Program-made: the position numbers and the translations under genes
NCBI GenBank assembly: GCA_963422645.2
Contig: CAXXVO010000005.1
Location: 224,001-288,000, forward strand
From: Alphaproteobacteria bacterium
GTDB taxonomy: Bacteria; Pseudomonadota; Alphaproteobacteria; UBA828
Direction of reading: 5' to 3'
DNA: 64,000 nucleotides
In this document: one piece after another, positions 63,828 through 64,000 of the stretch
Position numbering within the stretch: the first letter of the stretch is position 1
Layout of the letters: every line of letters begins with the position of its first letter
The notes under the pieces: model-generated
The model's input: only the letters and a program-made list of their open reading frames with translations
Databases searched by the model: none
Told to the model about the DNA's origin: nothing

Positions 63828-64000
63828 ATGAGTGACGACGCCGGCACCGACGCCCTCGCCCGGACTCCGCTCTTCATCGAGCATCGCGCCCTCGGCGCCA
63901 CGCTGGTGCCCTTCGCCGGCTATGCCATGCCGGTGCGCTACGGCCCCGGCATCATGGCGGAGCACACGCACACGCGCACCGCCGCCGGGCTCTTCGACGT
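63828..64000 (+). CDS. gcvT: Glycine cleavage system aminomethyltransferase (5' part, runs off the window)
   Basis: Manual translation [39 protein letters not shown]; follows the glycine riboswitch. Confidence 0.9.
   Translation, partial: MSDDAGTDALARTPLFIEHRALGATLVPFAGYAMPVRYGPGIMAEHTHTRTAAGLFD

Overview
A GC-rich window, most likely from an alphaproteobacterium (topA-dprA-plsY-rnr order, tatABC, alpha-type palindromic repeat). Housekeeping and metabolic genes (rnr, topA, dprA, plsY, arsC, argD/argF, hydA, tatABC, cobU behind a cobalamin riboswitch, gcvT behind a tandem glycine riboswitch) flank a heavily rearranged accessory zone at about 21.5-60.7 kb. That zone holds: a decayed Mu-like prophage tail module with a QueC-like last gene; an IS21; an IS110 whose candidate bridge-RNA guides can be read from the sequence; two related unclassified DDE elements abutted end to end; a non-autonomous IS66-like element carrying a Dam-like methyltransferase; an IS1595; and an IS4-like element encoding a DUF4338-transposase fusion. 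The most striking observation is a 2.8-kb large-serine-recombinase element inside that IS4 element. One of its genes is split across its own att site: the RBS and ATG sit at one end, the gene body at the other. The gene is complete only on the excised circle, where its stop codon overlaps the recombinase start codon. Family assignments come from motif recognition, not database searches. Several isolated frameshifts may be sequencing errors.
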